Below, in pieces: positions 8,574 to 17,549 of a DNA stretch of 64,000 bases. The stretch lies in the IMG/VR virus record IMGVR_UViG_3300025072_002801; one strand, 5' to 3'. A program made the translations under genes and the position numbers. Each line of letters starts with the position of its first letter. The stretch's first letter is position 1. The notes beneath the pieces are model-generated. The model searched no databases. It worked only from the letters and a program-made list of their open reading frames with translations, and was not told where the DNA came from. Source of the DNA: a virus. Lineage: Duplodnaviria; Heunggongvirae; Uroviricota; Caudoviricetes.

Positions 8574-9594
8574 AAGCGATATGAAGAAATGCTTAAAGAT
8601 GATGGAAGGAGTCCCTGGATGGGAGTCCATATTCATAAAGCCACTTCATGAGTCTGCCGACAAGAAGAAGAAAGAGTTGTTGAAGTTGGCTAGGAAGGGA
8701 GGAAAAAGGCCAAATCAGAAAACTCATCCTTTGGGATCTGCTCTTTGTAATTACGCGAGCAAGTCAAGTGATTGTTATGATGAAGACTTCACTAAAGAAA
8801 TTAAAAAATTAGCACCAAATTGGTTTGAAAAAACTGCCGACAACAATAAGAAAGAGTTATTGAAGTTGGCTAAAAAGAAAAAGGCAAAGAAGCCTCATCA
8901 CAAGACTCTTTTGTGGGCTTATCTTATCGAGTACACAAACATAAAAAAAGGAAAAAAAGGCTCTTACGACGCAGACTTTACTAAAGAGATTAAAAAATTC
9001 GCCCCACATTGGCTTTTAACTAAATCAGATGGTGTTATTAAAAAGAAAGAAGAGTTATTGAAGTTGGCTAGGAAGGGAGGAAAAAGGCCAAGTGAAAAAG
9101 TCCATCCTTTAGGAAAGGCTCTTACTCATTATACAAGTGAGTCAAGTGGAAATTATGACGCATCTTTTGCTAAAAAAATCAAAAAATTAGCTCCACATTG
9201 GTTTGTAGCTAAATCTGATATTGCTAATCAAAAGAAGAAAAAGTTGTTGGGATTGGCTAAAAAAGGTGGAAAAAGACCAAATGGAAGAACTCATCCTTTG
9301 GGGTCTGCTCTTTCCACTTATACGAGAAAGTCGCATAAGTCTTATGATGCATCCTTCACTAAAGAAATTAAAAAATTAGCTCCATATTGGTTTGTGACTC
9401 CATCAGACATTGCCAATCAAAAGAAAAAGGAGTTGTTGAAGTTAGCTAGAAAAGGTGGAGACAGACCAAAAAAAACTCACCATTTGGGATCTGTTCTTTC
9501 CAATTACACAAGCAATTGCACACGATACAATTCTTACGACCCCGCCTTCACAAAGCAAATCAAAAAATTAGCCCCACATTGGTTTAAGAAATGA
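8557..9594 (+). CDS. Lys-rich tandem-repeat protein, family member B (5 APHWF modules)
   Basis: N-terminus (MRQ)MLKSDMKKCLKMMEGVPGWESIF matches members C-E; alternative start at 8566; overlaps the helicase stop; ends APHWFKK with an ATGA overlap onto the next gene. Confidence 0.75.
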   Translation: MRQMLKSDMKKCLKMMEGVPGWESIFIKPLHESADKKKKELLKLARKGGKRPNQKTHPLGSALCNYASKSSDCYDEDFTKEIKKLAPNWFEKTADNNKKELLKLAKKKKAKKPHHKTLLWAYLIEYTNIKKGKKGSYDADFTKEIKKFAPHWLLTKSDGVIKKKEELLKLARKGGKRPSEKVHPLGKALTHYTSESSGNYDASFAKKIKKLAPHWFVAKSDIANQKKKKLLGLAKKGGKRPNGRTHPLGSALSTYTRKSHKSYDASFTKEIKKLAPYWFVTPSDIANQKKKELLKLARKGGDRPKKTHHLGSVLSNYTSNCTRYNSYDPAFTKQIKKLAPHWFKK

Positions 9595-10382
9595 AGATTC
9601 CCAAAAGCGACCTTAAAAAAATGATCAAGATGATGGAAGGAGTCCCTGGATGGGAATCCATCTATGTTAAGTCAAAGCATGCGTCTTCAGACAGGAATAA
9701 AAAAGAGTTGCTGAAGTTGGCAAAAAAGGGAGGCGAAAGACCTAGTTCCAAAACTCATCCTTTGGGGCGTTTCGTTTTTAGCTACGCCAATAAGTTAAGT
9801 AATTGTTACGACGCAGATTTCGCCAAAGAGATTAAAAAATTAGTGCCACATTGGTTTGTGACTCGATCTAATCAAAAGAAAGAACAGTTGTTTGAGTTAG
9901 CTAGGAAAGGAGAAAAGAAGCCTCATTGCAAAACTCCTTTAGGAAGATATTTTTTTAGTTACACCAACAAGTTAAGCGGTTCTTATAACGAAGTATTCAC
10001 GGAAGAAATTAAAAAATTAGTACCACATTGGTTTGTTGGATATGTTGTAAGGCAAAAGAAAGAAGAGTTATTGAAATTGGCTAAAACTGGAGGAAAAAGA
10101 CCAACTCAAAAAACAAATTCTTCTTTATGCAGTTACGCAAATGAGTCAAGTAAATGCTATGACGCAACCTTTGCTAAAAAAATTAAAAAAATCGCCCCAC
10201 ATTGGTTTGAAAAAACTTCCAAAAAAAAGAAAGAAGAGTTATTGAAGTTGGCTAAAAAGGGAGGAGAGAAGCCTTGTTGGAGGGATCATCCTTTGGGGAA
10301 GGATTTTTACAACTACACAAGCAGGACATCATCCTTTACCAAACAAATCAAAAAATTAGCTCCACATTGGTTCAAGAAATGA
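9591..10382 (+). CDS. Lys-rich tandem-repeat protein, family member C (4 modules)
   Basis: MKIPKSDLKKMIKMMEGVPGWESIYVKSKHASSD N-terminal region followed by repeats; ATGA start/stop overlaps at both ends. Confidence 0.75.
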   Translation: MKIPKSDLKKMIKMMEGVPGWESIYVKSKHASSDRNKKELLKLAKKGGERPSSKTHPLGRFVFSYANKLSNCYDADFAKEIKKLVPHWFVTRSNQKKEQLFELARKGEKKPHCKTPLGRYFFSYTNKLSGSYNEVFTEEIKKLVPHWFVGYVVRQKKEELLKLAKTGGKRPTQKTNSSLCSYANESSKCYDATFAKKIKKIAPHWFEKTSKKKKEELLKLAKKGGEKPCWRDHPLGKDFYNYTSRTSSFTKQIKKLAPHWFKK

Positions 10383-11383
10383 AGATTCCCAAAAGCGACC
10401 TTAAAAAAATGCTCAAGATGATGGATGAAGTCCCTGGATGGGAATCCATATACATTGAGTCAAAGCATGCGTCTTCGGATAAGAATAAGAAAGAATTGCT
10501 GACATTGGCTAGGAAGGGAGGGGAAAGACCAAATCAAAAGATGAGTTCTTTAGGAATTGCACTTTGTAGTTATACAAATAAGTCGCATAAGTCTTACAGC
10601 GAAGCCTTCACTAAAGAAATTAAAAAATTAGCACCACATTGGTTTGAAAACACTGCGGACAAAAAGAAAGAAGAGTTGCTTGAGTTGGCTAGGAAGGGAG
10701 GAGAAAGACCAACTCAAAGAAATCATCCTTTGGGAGTTGCTCTTTCTCATTACACAATAAAGTTAGATAAGTCGTATGATGAGGTTTTCGCTAAAAAGAT
10801 TAAAAAAGTCGCCCCATACTGGTTTATAAGTCGATCAGACATTGCCAATCAAAAGAAAAAAGAATTGTTGAAGTTGGCTAAAAGTTCTAAAAAAGCAGAG
10901 AAAAGACCAAACTTAAAAACTGCTCTGGGATCTTCTTTTTCTCATTACACAAGAAAGTCAAGTGGTTCTTATGACGCATTCTTCACCAAAAGAATTAAAA
11001 AAATCGCTCCGCATTGGTTTGAAAATTCTGCCGACGAGAATAAAAAAGAGTTATTGAAGTTGGCTAGGAATGGAAAAAGACCCATAGCGACAACTTCTTT
11101 GGGGTCTGCTCTTTGCAAATATACATCAAAGTTAAGTGGTTATTGTGACGCGATCTTCACCAAAGAAATTAAAAAAATCGCTCCGCATTGGTTTGAAAAT
11201 TCTGCCGACGAGAATAAAAAAGAGTTATTGAAGTTGGCTGAAAAAGGAGGAGAGCGACCAAATCAAAAAACTAATCCTTGCTCGAAGTACCTTTCTGCTT
11301 ATACAAGCAAATCAAATCCTTGTTGCGACCCAACCTTCACAAAGCAAATCAAAAAATTAGCCCCACATTGGTTCAAGAAATGA
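10379..11383 (+). CDS. Lys-rich tandem-repeat protein, family member D (5 modules)
   Basis: Start set at MKIPKSDLKKMLKMMDEVPGW (ATG 10379, overlapping the TGA of member C). The ORF-track extension from 10274 is the out-of-frame tail of member C. Confidence 0.75.
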   Translation: MKIPKSDLKKMLKMMDEVPGWESIYIESKHASSDKNKKELLTLARKGGERPNQKMSSLGIALCSYTNKSHKSYSEAFTKEIKKLAPHWFENTADKKKEELLELARKGGERPTQRNHPLGVALSHYTIKLDKSYDEVFAKKIKKVAPYWFISRSDIANQKKKELLKLAKSSKKAEKRPNLKTALGSSFSHYTRKSSGSYDAFFTKRIKKIAPHWFENSADENKKELLKLARNGKRPIATTSLGSALCKYTSKLSGYCDAIFTKEIKKIAPHWFENSADENKKELLKLAEKGGERPNQKTNPCSKYLSAYTSKSNPCCDPTFTKQIKKLAPHWFKK

Positions 11384-12382
11384 AGATTCCTAAAAGCGAC
11401 CTTAAAAAAATGCTCAAGATGATGGAAGGAATGCCTGGATGGGAATCTATTTATCCAAAGTCAATGCATGAGTCTTCTGATAAAAAGAAAAAAGATTTGT
11501 TGAAGTTGGCTAGGAAGGGAGGGAAAAGGACACATTATAAAACTGCTTTCTGCCCTTAGTGATTATGTGTGTAGGGTCAGTGATTGTTACGACGCATCTT
11601 TCGCTAAAGAGATTAAAAAAATCGCCCCACATTGGTTTGTGACTCAATCAGATCTTGCCAACAAAAAGAAGGAGGCGTTATTGAAGTTGGCTAGAAAAGG
11701 AGGAAAAAAACCTGCCCCAAAAACAGTTTTGTATAGCCCTCTCAATAATTACATAAGAAAATCAAACGCATGTTACGACGCATCTTTCGCTAAAGATATT
11801 AAAAAATTAGCTCCACATTGGTTTGAAAACTCCGCAGACAAAAAGAAAAAAGAGTTATTGAAGTTGGCTAGAAAAGGAAAAGAAAGACCAAAACACAAAA
11901 CTTCTTTGGGACTTTCTTTTTTCAATTATATAAAAGAGACAAATGATTGCTACGACGAATCCTTCACCAAAAAGATTAAAATAATCTCCCCACATTGGTT
12001 TGCAACTCCATCAGATGTTGCCAACAAAAAGAAGGAGGCGTTATTGAAGTTGGCTAAAAAAGGAGGAAAAAGACCGCATCAAAAAACTAATCCTTTGGGA
12101 TCTGCTATTTGCACCTATACAAGTATCAAATCAATTTCTTATGATCCAACCTTCACCAAACAAATTAAAGAATTAGCACCACATTGGTTTATGGGAAGAT
12201 CAGGTTTAGCTAATCAAAAGAAAAAAGATTTATTGAAGTTGGCAAAAAGTGGAGAAAAGCCACATTGGAAGTCCTTTTTGGGAAGACCCATGCATTCTTA
12301 TATGAGTAAGTCGCACGGCTGCTACGACCCAGCCTTCACTAAAAAAATTAAAAAAATCGCCCCACATTGGTTCAAAACATAG
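11380..12382 (+). pseudogene. Lys-rich tandem-repeat protein family member E, interrupted by a +1 frame change/stop near 11540-11566 (probably an ~11-14-nt deletion of the HPLG segment)
   Basis: Frame 1 reads MKIPKSDLKKMLKMMEGMPGW...RKGGKRTHYKTAFCP* (stop at 11557). The repeat continues in frame 2 as ...LLSALSDYVCRVSDCYDASFAKEIKKIAPHWF... to 12382 (5 modules in total). The consensus HPLG is missing at the junction. Confidence 0.5.
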
Positions 12383-12463
12383 TTTTGGGGCGTTTTAATT
12401 TTACCTCATCAGCACATCTAAACAAAATAATACCTAAACAAGCCCTACTTACTACCTTAACCT

Positions 12464-12649
12464 GTGGAGAAAAAATTTTTAATTCGGTGTAGAGACTGTC
12501 GTTGGAGCAAGCTTTCAACGGGGATAAAGAGCGATCTTGAAGGCATGATAGAGATTCGAGATTGTTCCAACTGTGGCAAGGCCAGGAAGTTCAGGTGTCC
12601 CAAATGCGGTAGATATGCCTACATGAGCAGGTTGAATAGTCGAAGATGA
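12464..12649 (+). CDS. Small zinc-ribbon protein (GTG start)
   Basis: CRDCRW...CSNCGKARKFRCPKCGRYAY: two to three CxxC pairs in 61 aa. Confidence 0.45.
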   Translation: MEKKFLIRCRDCRWSKLSTGIKSDLEGMIEIRDCSNCGKARKFRCPKCGRYAYMSRLNSRR

Positions 12650-13827
12650 TAAGAAAGCACCTTAAGTCTAGCGCGGTATCTTCTAAGAAGCATGAGCGAG
12701 AGCCATTGGTTGATGATTTAGGTTTTACTGTTCACAGTTTCAATAACAGGACCAGACCAACCGACAAGCGTAGGATTTTAATTATCAGTTGTTTTTCTGA
12801 GTTTGGTTGCGAGACAATTGGTACGATGTATTGTATTCCTCGCATTCTTCAGATGTATCCAAATTTCTACACGATAGTAGTAGGTTGGCATGGTCGAGAA
12901 TATTTGTACCGTCATTTGGTTGACGAATATTGGGAGATAGCTGAGGAGCATCAGTGGTTACGAGATTATTGTCGTGCCTTCCACCATGTATCTAAGAATT
13001 TAAAGAAGTGTGAAGAGTCTTTGAAGGATTATGGTCAGGTTTTAGACTCTGGATTTGTTGGCATGGTTGCAGTTGGAAACATATGCAATGGATGCAAGAA
13101 CTTTTGGGGCGAAAACGAACGAGCAGTTTCTTGTCCTAAGTGTCAGAGTACGCAAGTTGTTCAATCTATTTTGAGCAATGTTCAATTTTATAAGCCTCAG
13201 GCTATAAAAATTCCTAAGCCATCCAAGAGTCTTATGGATGAGGCATCTAAATACTTGGGAGAACGTCCCGTTGGCATTTTTGCTCGTGGTCGCAAGACTT
13301 ATGGCAGGAATTTAGAGCCGGAGTTTTATGTGGATCTCATAAAGACTCTTGAGGACAAAGGGTACACTCCTATTTGGCTTGGCGAGAAGCAGAACACGTT
13401 AGAGTGTCCAGTCGATCATATCGTTGATATGAGCCGTAATCCCGTCAGCAGGGACTTGGAGTTAACATTGGCAATAGTTGCCCAACTTGAGTTTACAGTC
13501 CAATTCTGGACAGCCTCGACACGCTTAGCGGCAATGATGGAGACTCCCTATCTTTTGTTTGAAAGTCCAGAGCAGATATTTGGACCTAAGGGGCAGGAGG
13601 GCATAAGAATTAATTTGGTGACAACAGGTAATAAGAAGATTTGCATTTCTCATTTTCTTAGTGTTTATGACGATCCTGATGCAGGGATAGCCTTGGTCAA
13701 ATCGTGTGTAGAAGAAATGGAAGATGACAATTGGGAAGATGTAATTGGCATGGTAGACAGTAAAGAAACTATAACTGCTTTACGAGATGCCAATCTAAAG
13801 AGAATAGGAGCGATTCCAGATGAATAA
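12646..13827 (+). CDS. GT9-family (ADP-heptose:LPS heptosyltransferase-like) glycosyltransferase with an inserted Cys-rich zinc-ribbon
   Basis: N-terminal ILIISCFSEFGCETIG...YPNFYTIVVGWHGREYL and C-terminal GERPVGIFARGRKTYGRNLEPEFYVDLIKTLEDKGYTPIWLGEK...DMSRNPVSRDLELTLAIVAQLEFTVQFWTASTRLAAMMETPYLLFESPEQIFGP align well with the WaaF/RfaF pattern (RP.IG..PGA...KRWP...LA..L...G..VVLFG...NLAG.T.L..A..LIA....V.NDSG.MH.AAAL..P.VALYGP). CNGCKNFW...CPKCQ insert. Confidence 0.6.
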   Translation: MIRKHLKSSAVSSKKHEREPLVDDLGFTVHSFNNRTRPTDKRRILIISCFSEFGCETIGTMYCIPRILQMYPNFYTIVVGWHGREYLYRHLVDEYWEIAEEHQWLRDYCRAFHHVSKNLKKCEESLKDYGQVLDSGFVGMVAVGNICNGCKNFWGENERAVSCPKCQSTQVVQSILSNVQFYKPQAIKIPKPSKSLMDEASKYLGERPVGIFARGRKTYGRNLEPEFYVDLIKTLEDKGYTPIWLGEKQNTLECPVDHIVDMSRNPVSRDLELTLAIVAQLEFTVQFWTASTRLAAMMETPYLLFESPEQIFGPKGQEGIRINLVTTGNKKICISHFLSVYDDPDAGIALVKSCVEEMEDDNWEDVIGMVDSKETITALRDANLKRIGAIPDE

Positions 13828-14959
13828 AGTTTCAGAAACGTTAAAAAAATGTGCGGCGGATACAGGTTTTGTTAGAGAGGTCTTTGATGATACTAAGGCT
13901 CCAGTGAATGCGGAGGACGTAATAGTAATTCCATTCTTTGGCGACATTCGTTCAACATTTATTTTTTCAACATTATTGTGTAAGCGAATGAAGGAATTGA
14001 ATAGTTCCAAATATGTTGTTGTAGCCACATGGCCAGGACATAAGGGACTGTATCCATATGCTGACGAATGTTGGTCGCTTGCTAACATGGATAAGGTTGA
14101 GGAGTTGTACAATTCTTCTGATGGGTTTGAGAATTCTGATAGAGCGGTATACCTCATGTATCGGGTTTTGAACAGATACTTTACAGTTGTTGGTCATGAG
14201 GATATTGAGAAGTATTACCATAATGGTTTGACAACAGCATTTTGGAAAGATTTTAAATTTGTTGAGAGATCATTCCCAAGTGTCCCATCAGTGACTATTT
14301 TGGGCGAAAAATTTAATTCTGAGCTTCAAAAGCGACCTGGATTCAAGGTTTTTATATGTCCGTCCAAATGGATAACGTACTGGAATCAGGGGAAATTAGT
14401 AAAAGCTCGTTGTCCTAAGGATTTTTGGGTAGGATTAGTTTCCCATCTTTTGGAGAATGAATTTGTTCCAATAATACATTTTGGACCTCTTGTTCATGAC
14501 ATATCTGATGTATTTGTTGAGAAATGCGTTTATTTGAACGAGCCAGACATTACTAAGGTTATGGGTGCAATGCGAGCAATTGGGTGTACTTTGGATGTAT
14601 TTTCTGACTTTTCTCGTATATCTATGATGGCTAGATGTCCTTATGTAAGTGTAACAGAGAGAGGAAAGCATGCTAGTGCTAAGGATTTCGAGTTGGATGG
14701 TCTGTGTGGTAAAGGTCTTCCAAAAGAGCATATTTTTTACTTTCCTACTATTATAGATAATAAGCAGTCTGCACATAGCGTTTATGAAATTGCAGCAACA
14801 AGATTAAAAAACTTTATACCTAATATTGATTTTGGAGCCTTGCCTCCTGCATCCGAATCTAGCATCGAAGTATCTTACGACGAAGTTAAGCGGGTGAAGA
14901 GGAAAAAGCGAGGAGCAAGATTTATAAGAATTCCTATAGAAAGGGAACTTGATGGCTAA
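13820..14959 (+). CDS. GT9-family glycosyltransferase paralog
   Basis: Same length and architecture as 12646-13827 (VIVIPFFGDIRSTFIFSTLLCKRMKE...YVVVATWPGHKGLY; C-terminal KVFICPSKWI...GAMRAIGCTLDVFSDFSRISMMARCPYVSV); start overlaps the previous stop. Confidence 0.55.
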   Translation: MNKVSETLKKCAADTGFVREVFDDTKAPVNAEDVIVIPFFGDIRSTFIFSTLLCKRMKELNSSKYVVVATWPGHKGLYPYADECWSLANMDKVEELYNSSDGFENSDRAVYLMYRVLNRYFTVVGHEDIEKYYHNGLTTAFWKDFKFVERSFPSVPSVTILGEKFNSELQKRPGFKVFICPSKWITYWNQGKLVKARCPKDFWVGLVSHLLENEFVPIIHFGPLVHDISDVFVEKCVYLNEPDITKVMGAMRAIGCTLDVFSDFSRISMMARCPYVSVTERGKHASAKDFELDGLCGKGLPKEHIFYFPTIIDNKQSAHSVYEIAATRLKNFIPNIDFGALPPASESSIEVSYDEVKRVKRKKRGARFIRIPIERELDG

Positions 14960-15215
14960 CGTAACACGAGTTAGAGTCGTTCAAAAATATCAACTGTCAG
15001 ATAGAGCATCCAAAGAAGAGAAAGAAAGAGCCTTTAAGGGACTGTTTACTGCGTTCAAGAGACAAGTGACTGACGCTGGCATTTTGCACTTGTGCAAGAA
15101 GTATGAGCGATATGAGAAGCCTTCTGAAAAGCGTCATCGCAAGAAGAAGGAAAAGAACTTGGAGCGAATCAAGGCTCTCAGAGGCACAGATCCACGTAGT
15201 AAAAAGAAGAAATAA
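14949..15215 (+). CDS. rpsU: Ribosomal protein bS21
   Basis: ERAFKGLFTAFKRQVTDAGILHLCKKYERYEKPSEKRHRKKKEKN parallels E. coli S21 ([43 protein letters not shown]); very basic C-terminus. Confidence 0.7.
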   Translation: MMANVTRVRVVQKYQLSDRASKEEKERAFKGLFTAFKRQVTDAGILHLCKKYERYEKPSEKRHRKKKEKNLERIKALRGTDPRSKKKK

Positions 15216-15226
15216 GGGAGGCTTTA

Positions 15227-15616
15227 ATGGCTAATACGAAAATTGTATCTTTCTCTATCCGTCCAGAGCAACACGACTTGCTAAAGAAAGAGAAAACTGT
15301 TAAAAAGGCAAATAGTGTGTCTGAAGTCATTCGTGGCATCGTAGACGACCATTTGAGTGGTTCTAATGTTTCTTTGGAATCGGACTTGAAAGATCAGGTG
15401 GATGAGGTATCATTAAGTAAGGGCGTTTCATCTAACGAAGTTGTGAACGACTTATTGAAGCGATACCTTGCGCCCGATGAAAAAGGTAGAAGCGTTGTAA
15501 AAGGCGAATCTCTTCCCGTTGTATTGAAGATACCATCGGAACTTAAAGGAAATCGTAAAGAGCTTGCGGAATGGCTGCAAGCACGAGCGCAATTCATCTT
15601 GAACAAATTGGCCTAA
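15227..15616 (+). CDS. Hypothetical protein, possible ribbon-helix-helix DNA-binding N-terminus
   Basis: MANTKIVSFSIRPEQHDLLKKEK...SEVIRGIVDDHL resembles an Arc/CopG-type RHH; good RBS GGGAGG upstream. Confidence 0.45.
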   Translation: MANTKIVSFSIRPEQHDLLKKEKTVKKANSVSEVIRGIVDDHLSGSNVSLESDLKDQVDEVSLSKGVSSNEVVNDLLKRYLAPDEKGRSVVKGESLPVVLKIPSELKGNRKELAEWLQARAQFILNKLA

Positions 15617-15618
15617 AA

Positions 15619-16158
15619 ATGCCCACAGAAAATGAGCGGAAGTTTGTTTTAAAGTTTTGTGAAGAAGAGATAAAAGCAATTGCTGATAAGAAGCTGGACA
15701 TTCATCAAGGGTATCTTGACTCTGGATCGTCACGGATACGGCATACTGAGATTATGCTTGAAAAGTCTCATAAGTTTGTTTTTACATTCAAAAAAAGAGT
15801 TAATGGTCGCGTTGTTGAAATCGAAAGAAGTATTTCTCAACGCGACTTTCTTGATTTGTGGGACTCCACACATTCTAAACTTCGAAAGATAAGATATAAC
15901 GTCAAATCTGAAGGATATGTTTGGGAAGTTGATTTTTTTAAAACTTTGAATGATAAAAAAACATACTTTGCCATGGCAGAAGTTGAGTTGCCAGAAGGCA
16001 AAGAGATGCCAGATTCAGTTCCTTCTTTCATTAAGGATAATCTCTTGTATCTGGTTGATGAAGGTGATGATAGATTCAGTAGCAAATCTCTTTCAGATCA
16101 TTCTCATGCAGATGATATGCTTGAACTTATAAAGGTGTATAAAGATGGAGCTAGTTGA
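15619..16158 (+). CDS. CYTH-domain (triphosphate tunnel metalloenzyme) protein
   Basis: N-terminal E-x-E-x-K signature (TENERKFVL), RIRHTEI, beta-rich repeats and the acidic VELPEGKEMPD motif typical of CyaB/ThTPase-like CYTH domains. Confidence 0.6.
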   Translation: MPTENERKFVLKFCEEEIKAIADKKLDIHQGYLDSGSSRIRHTEIMLEKSHKFVFTFKKRVNGRVVEIERSISQRDFLDLWDSTHSKLRKIRYNVKSEGYVWEVDFFKTLNDKKTYFAMAEVELPEGKEMPDSVPSFIKDNLLYLVDEGDDRFSSKSLSDHSHADDMLELIKVYKDGAS

Positions 16159-16618
16159 TTGCCAAGACATTCCCAGGAAAGAAGATGTTGAAAAGCTCTT
16201 TAAAGAAGACGCTGATGTTGTAAGGATGTACAATAATTTCATAAAAATGAAAAAGCTGTGTGAAGAAACCAAAGGAGTGGGGCTTTCTGCTGTTCAAGTG
16301 GGGTTGCCACTTTCTATGTTTGTGGCTAAACTTGATGCTGGGTGGCGTAATTTTTTAAATTGTGAATACGAACGAGCGCCAGACGCCAAGGAAATTAAAT
16401 CACTAGAGGGATGTTTGTCCTTGCCAGGAAGAGGGTTTCGTGTCTCAAGACATGATAGGATCGTGGTGAGAGGGCAAGATATGATTGTGGACGCAGACAT
16501 TCTTGTTAGAGATATAGAGGAAGAATTGACTGGGTTTGATGCAATCGTTGTTCAGCACGAAATAGATCATCAAAATGGAATTTTGATTTCTGACATTGGA
16601 ACCGAAGTAGATACTTAA
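16145..16618 (+). CDS. def: Peptide deformylase
   Basis: All three PDF motifs present: GVGLSAVQVG (GxGxAAxQ), EGCLSLPG (EGCLS) and QHEIDHQNG (HExxH). Confidence 0.85.
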   Translation: MELVDCQDIPRKEDVEKLFKEDADVVRMYNNFIKMKKLCEETKGVGLSAVQVGLPLSMFVAKLDAGWRNFLNCEYERAPDAKEIKSLEGCLSLPGRGFRVSRHDRIVVRGQDMIVDADILVRDIEEELTGFDAIVVQHEIDHQNGILISDIGTEVDT

Positions 16619-16631
16619 AAAAGAGAGAACA

Positions 16632-16910
16632 ATGGCTTTATCTAAAAAACAAACAGAAGATATTTGTCTTCAGACTTTAAGCAACCACAAAACTTGCAGG
16701 TACTTAGCTCAAGATGACCTGGACAGCAAGAAGTTCTATTGCTTGAAGAAGTCTGTTAAAAAGGCAATTGCTGATACAGAAGTAGGTGAATTCATGGGCA
16801 AAATGAAAAAGGCTGGACAAGATCCAAATGCTCAAGGGTTGCCTCTTGGAGACAATTGTACAGGCTATCCAATAATGGGCTATCTAGAACAAGGCTATGA
16901 CGTTGACTAG
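16632..16910 (+). CDS. Hypothetical protein
   Basis: 92-aa ORF with AGAGAAC RBS; no domain. Confidence 0.45.
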   Translation: MALSKKQTEDICLQTLSNHKTCRYLAQDDLDSKKFYCLKKSVKKAIADTEVGEFMGKMKKAGQDPNAQGLPLGDNCTGYPIMGYLEQGYDVD

Positions 16911-17419
16911 CGGCAAATCCCACGTTTAGTCTGGCTTTTTAAAACAACGTTATATACGTCCTTCTCAATGTTGTCGTTAATTGCTTGGTAGAAGATGGCG
17001 TCTTCAAGATCTAAGTCATCTTGGTCTGCTATTGCATCTGCAAGCAATGACGATACCTTTTCGCTTTTCTGTGCGCGATTTCTATAATGGAAGGTCGTTA
17101 AAATTAAAATAACGCCCAATCCAAATACCATTATGAGCGCTCCATCTCCTTGCAATATTTGTACTCCACTATTCTCATTGTGTGACAGTTTTGCATTTAG
17201 GTTGACTAAGCCTTGTTGGAAATTGTCCAGGTTTTCAGAGATTACACTGGCTTCTTGTCTAAGCTTCCCAAGTTCAGTAACTATGCTGTTTTGGTTTTGC
17301 TTTAATTCTTCTATTTCCCCACCCTGGTTATCTATTTCGTTTTCTAATCGTGGGGATAAATTTCCACACCCAGAGAAGAATAATAAAGAAGCCAAAGCTG
17401 TTGCAATTACGTATTTCAT
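16907..17419 (-). CDS. Lipoprotein with coiled-coil region and C-terminal TM helix
   Basis: MKYVIATALASLLFFSGCGN (lipobox FSGC); heptad-rich middle; C-terminal ALIMVFGLGVILILTTF. Start set at the internal Met, so the 8 upstream codons are excluded. Confidence 0.55.
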   Translation of the reverse strand: MKYVIATALASLLFFSGCGNLSPRLENEIDNQGGEIEELKQNQNSIVTELGKLRQEASVISENLDNFQQGLVNLNAKLSHNENSGVQILQGDGALIMVFGLGVILILTTFHYRNRAQKSEKVSSLLADAIADQDDLDLEDAIFYQAINDNIEKDVYNVVLKSQTKRGICR

Positions 17420-17549
17420 TTTTTCCACCTTATCAAAATCCATCTATCTTATATTTATTATTTATGTTATATTTTTATATTCCAGTCTTAAGTCTTTAAT
17501 TAAAGAGGATCATGAATTGTTTGATTCAAAAGAAAATAAACATGTTGAG

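Noticed and set aside
10274-10378. Upstream extensions of tracked ORFs 10274-11383 and 11278-11559, and the 6573-6677 extension of the helicase ORF
   Set aside because: These are out-of-frame read-throughs of the 3' ends of the preceding repeat genes. The conserved MKIPKSDLKKM start overlaps the previous stop as ATGA in each case
17133-17549. 5' two-thirds of the tracked plus-strand ORF 17133-17903
   Set aside because: It overlaps a convincing minus-strand lipoprotein gene (lipobox, TM, coiled-coil); a downstream Met at 17550 gives a non-overlapping gene
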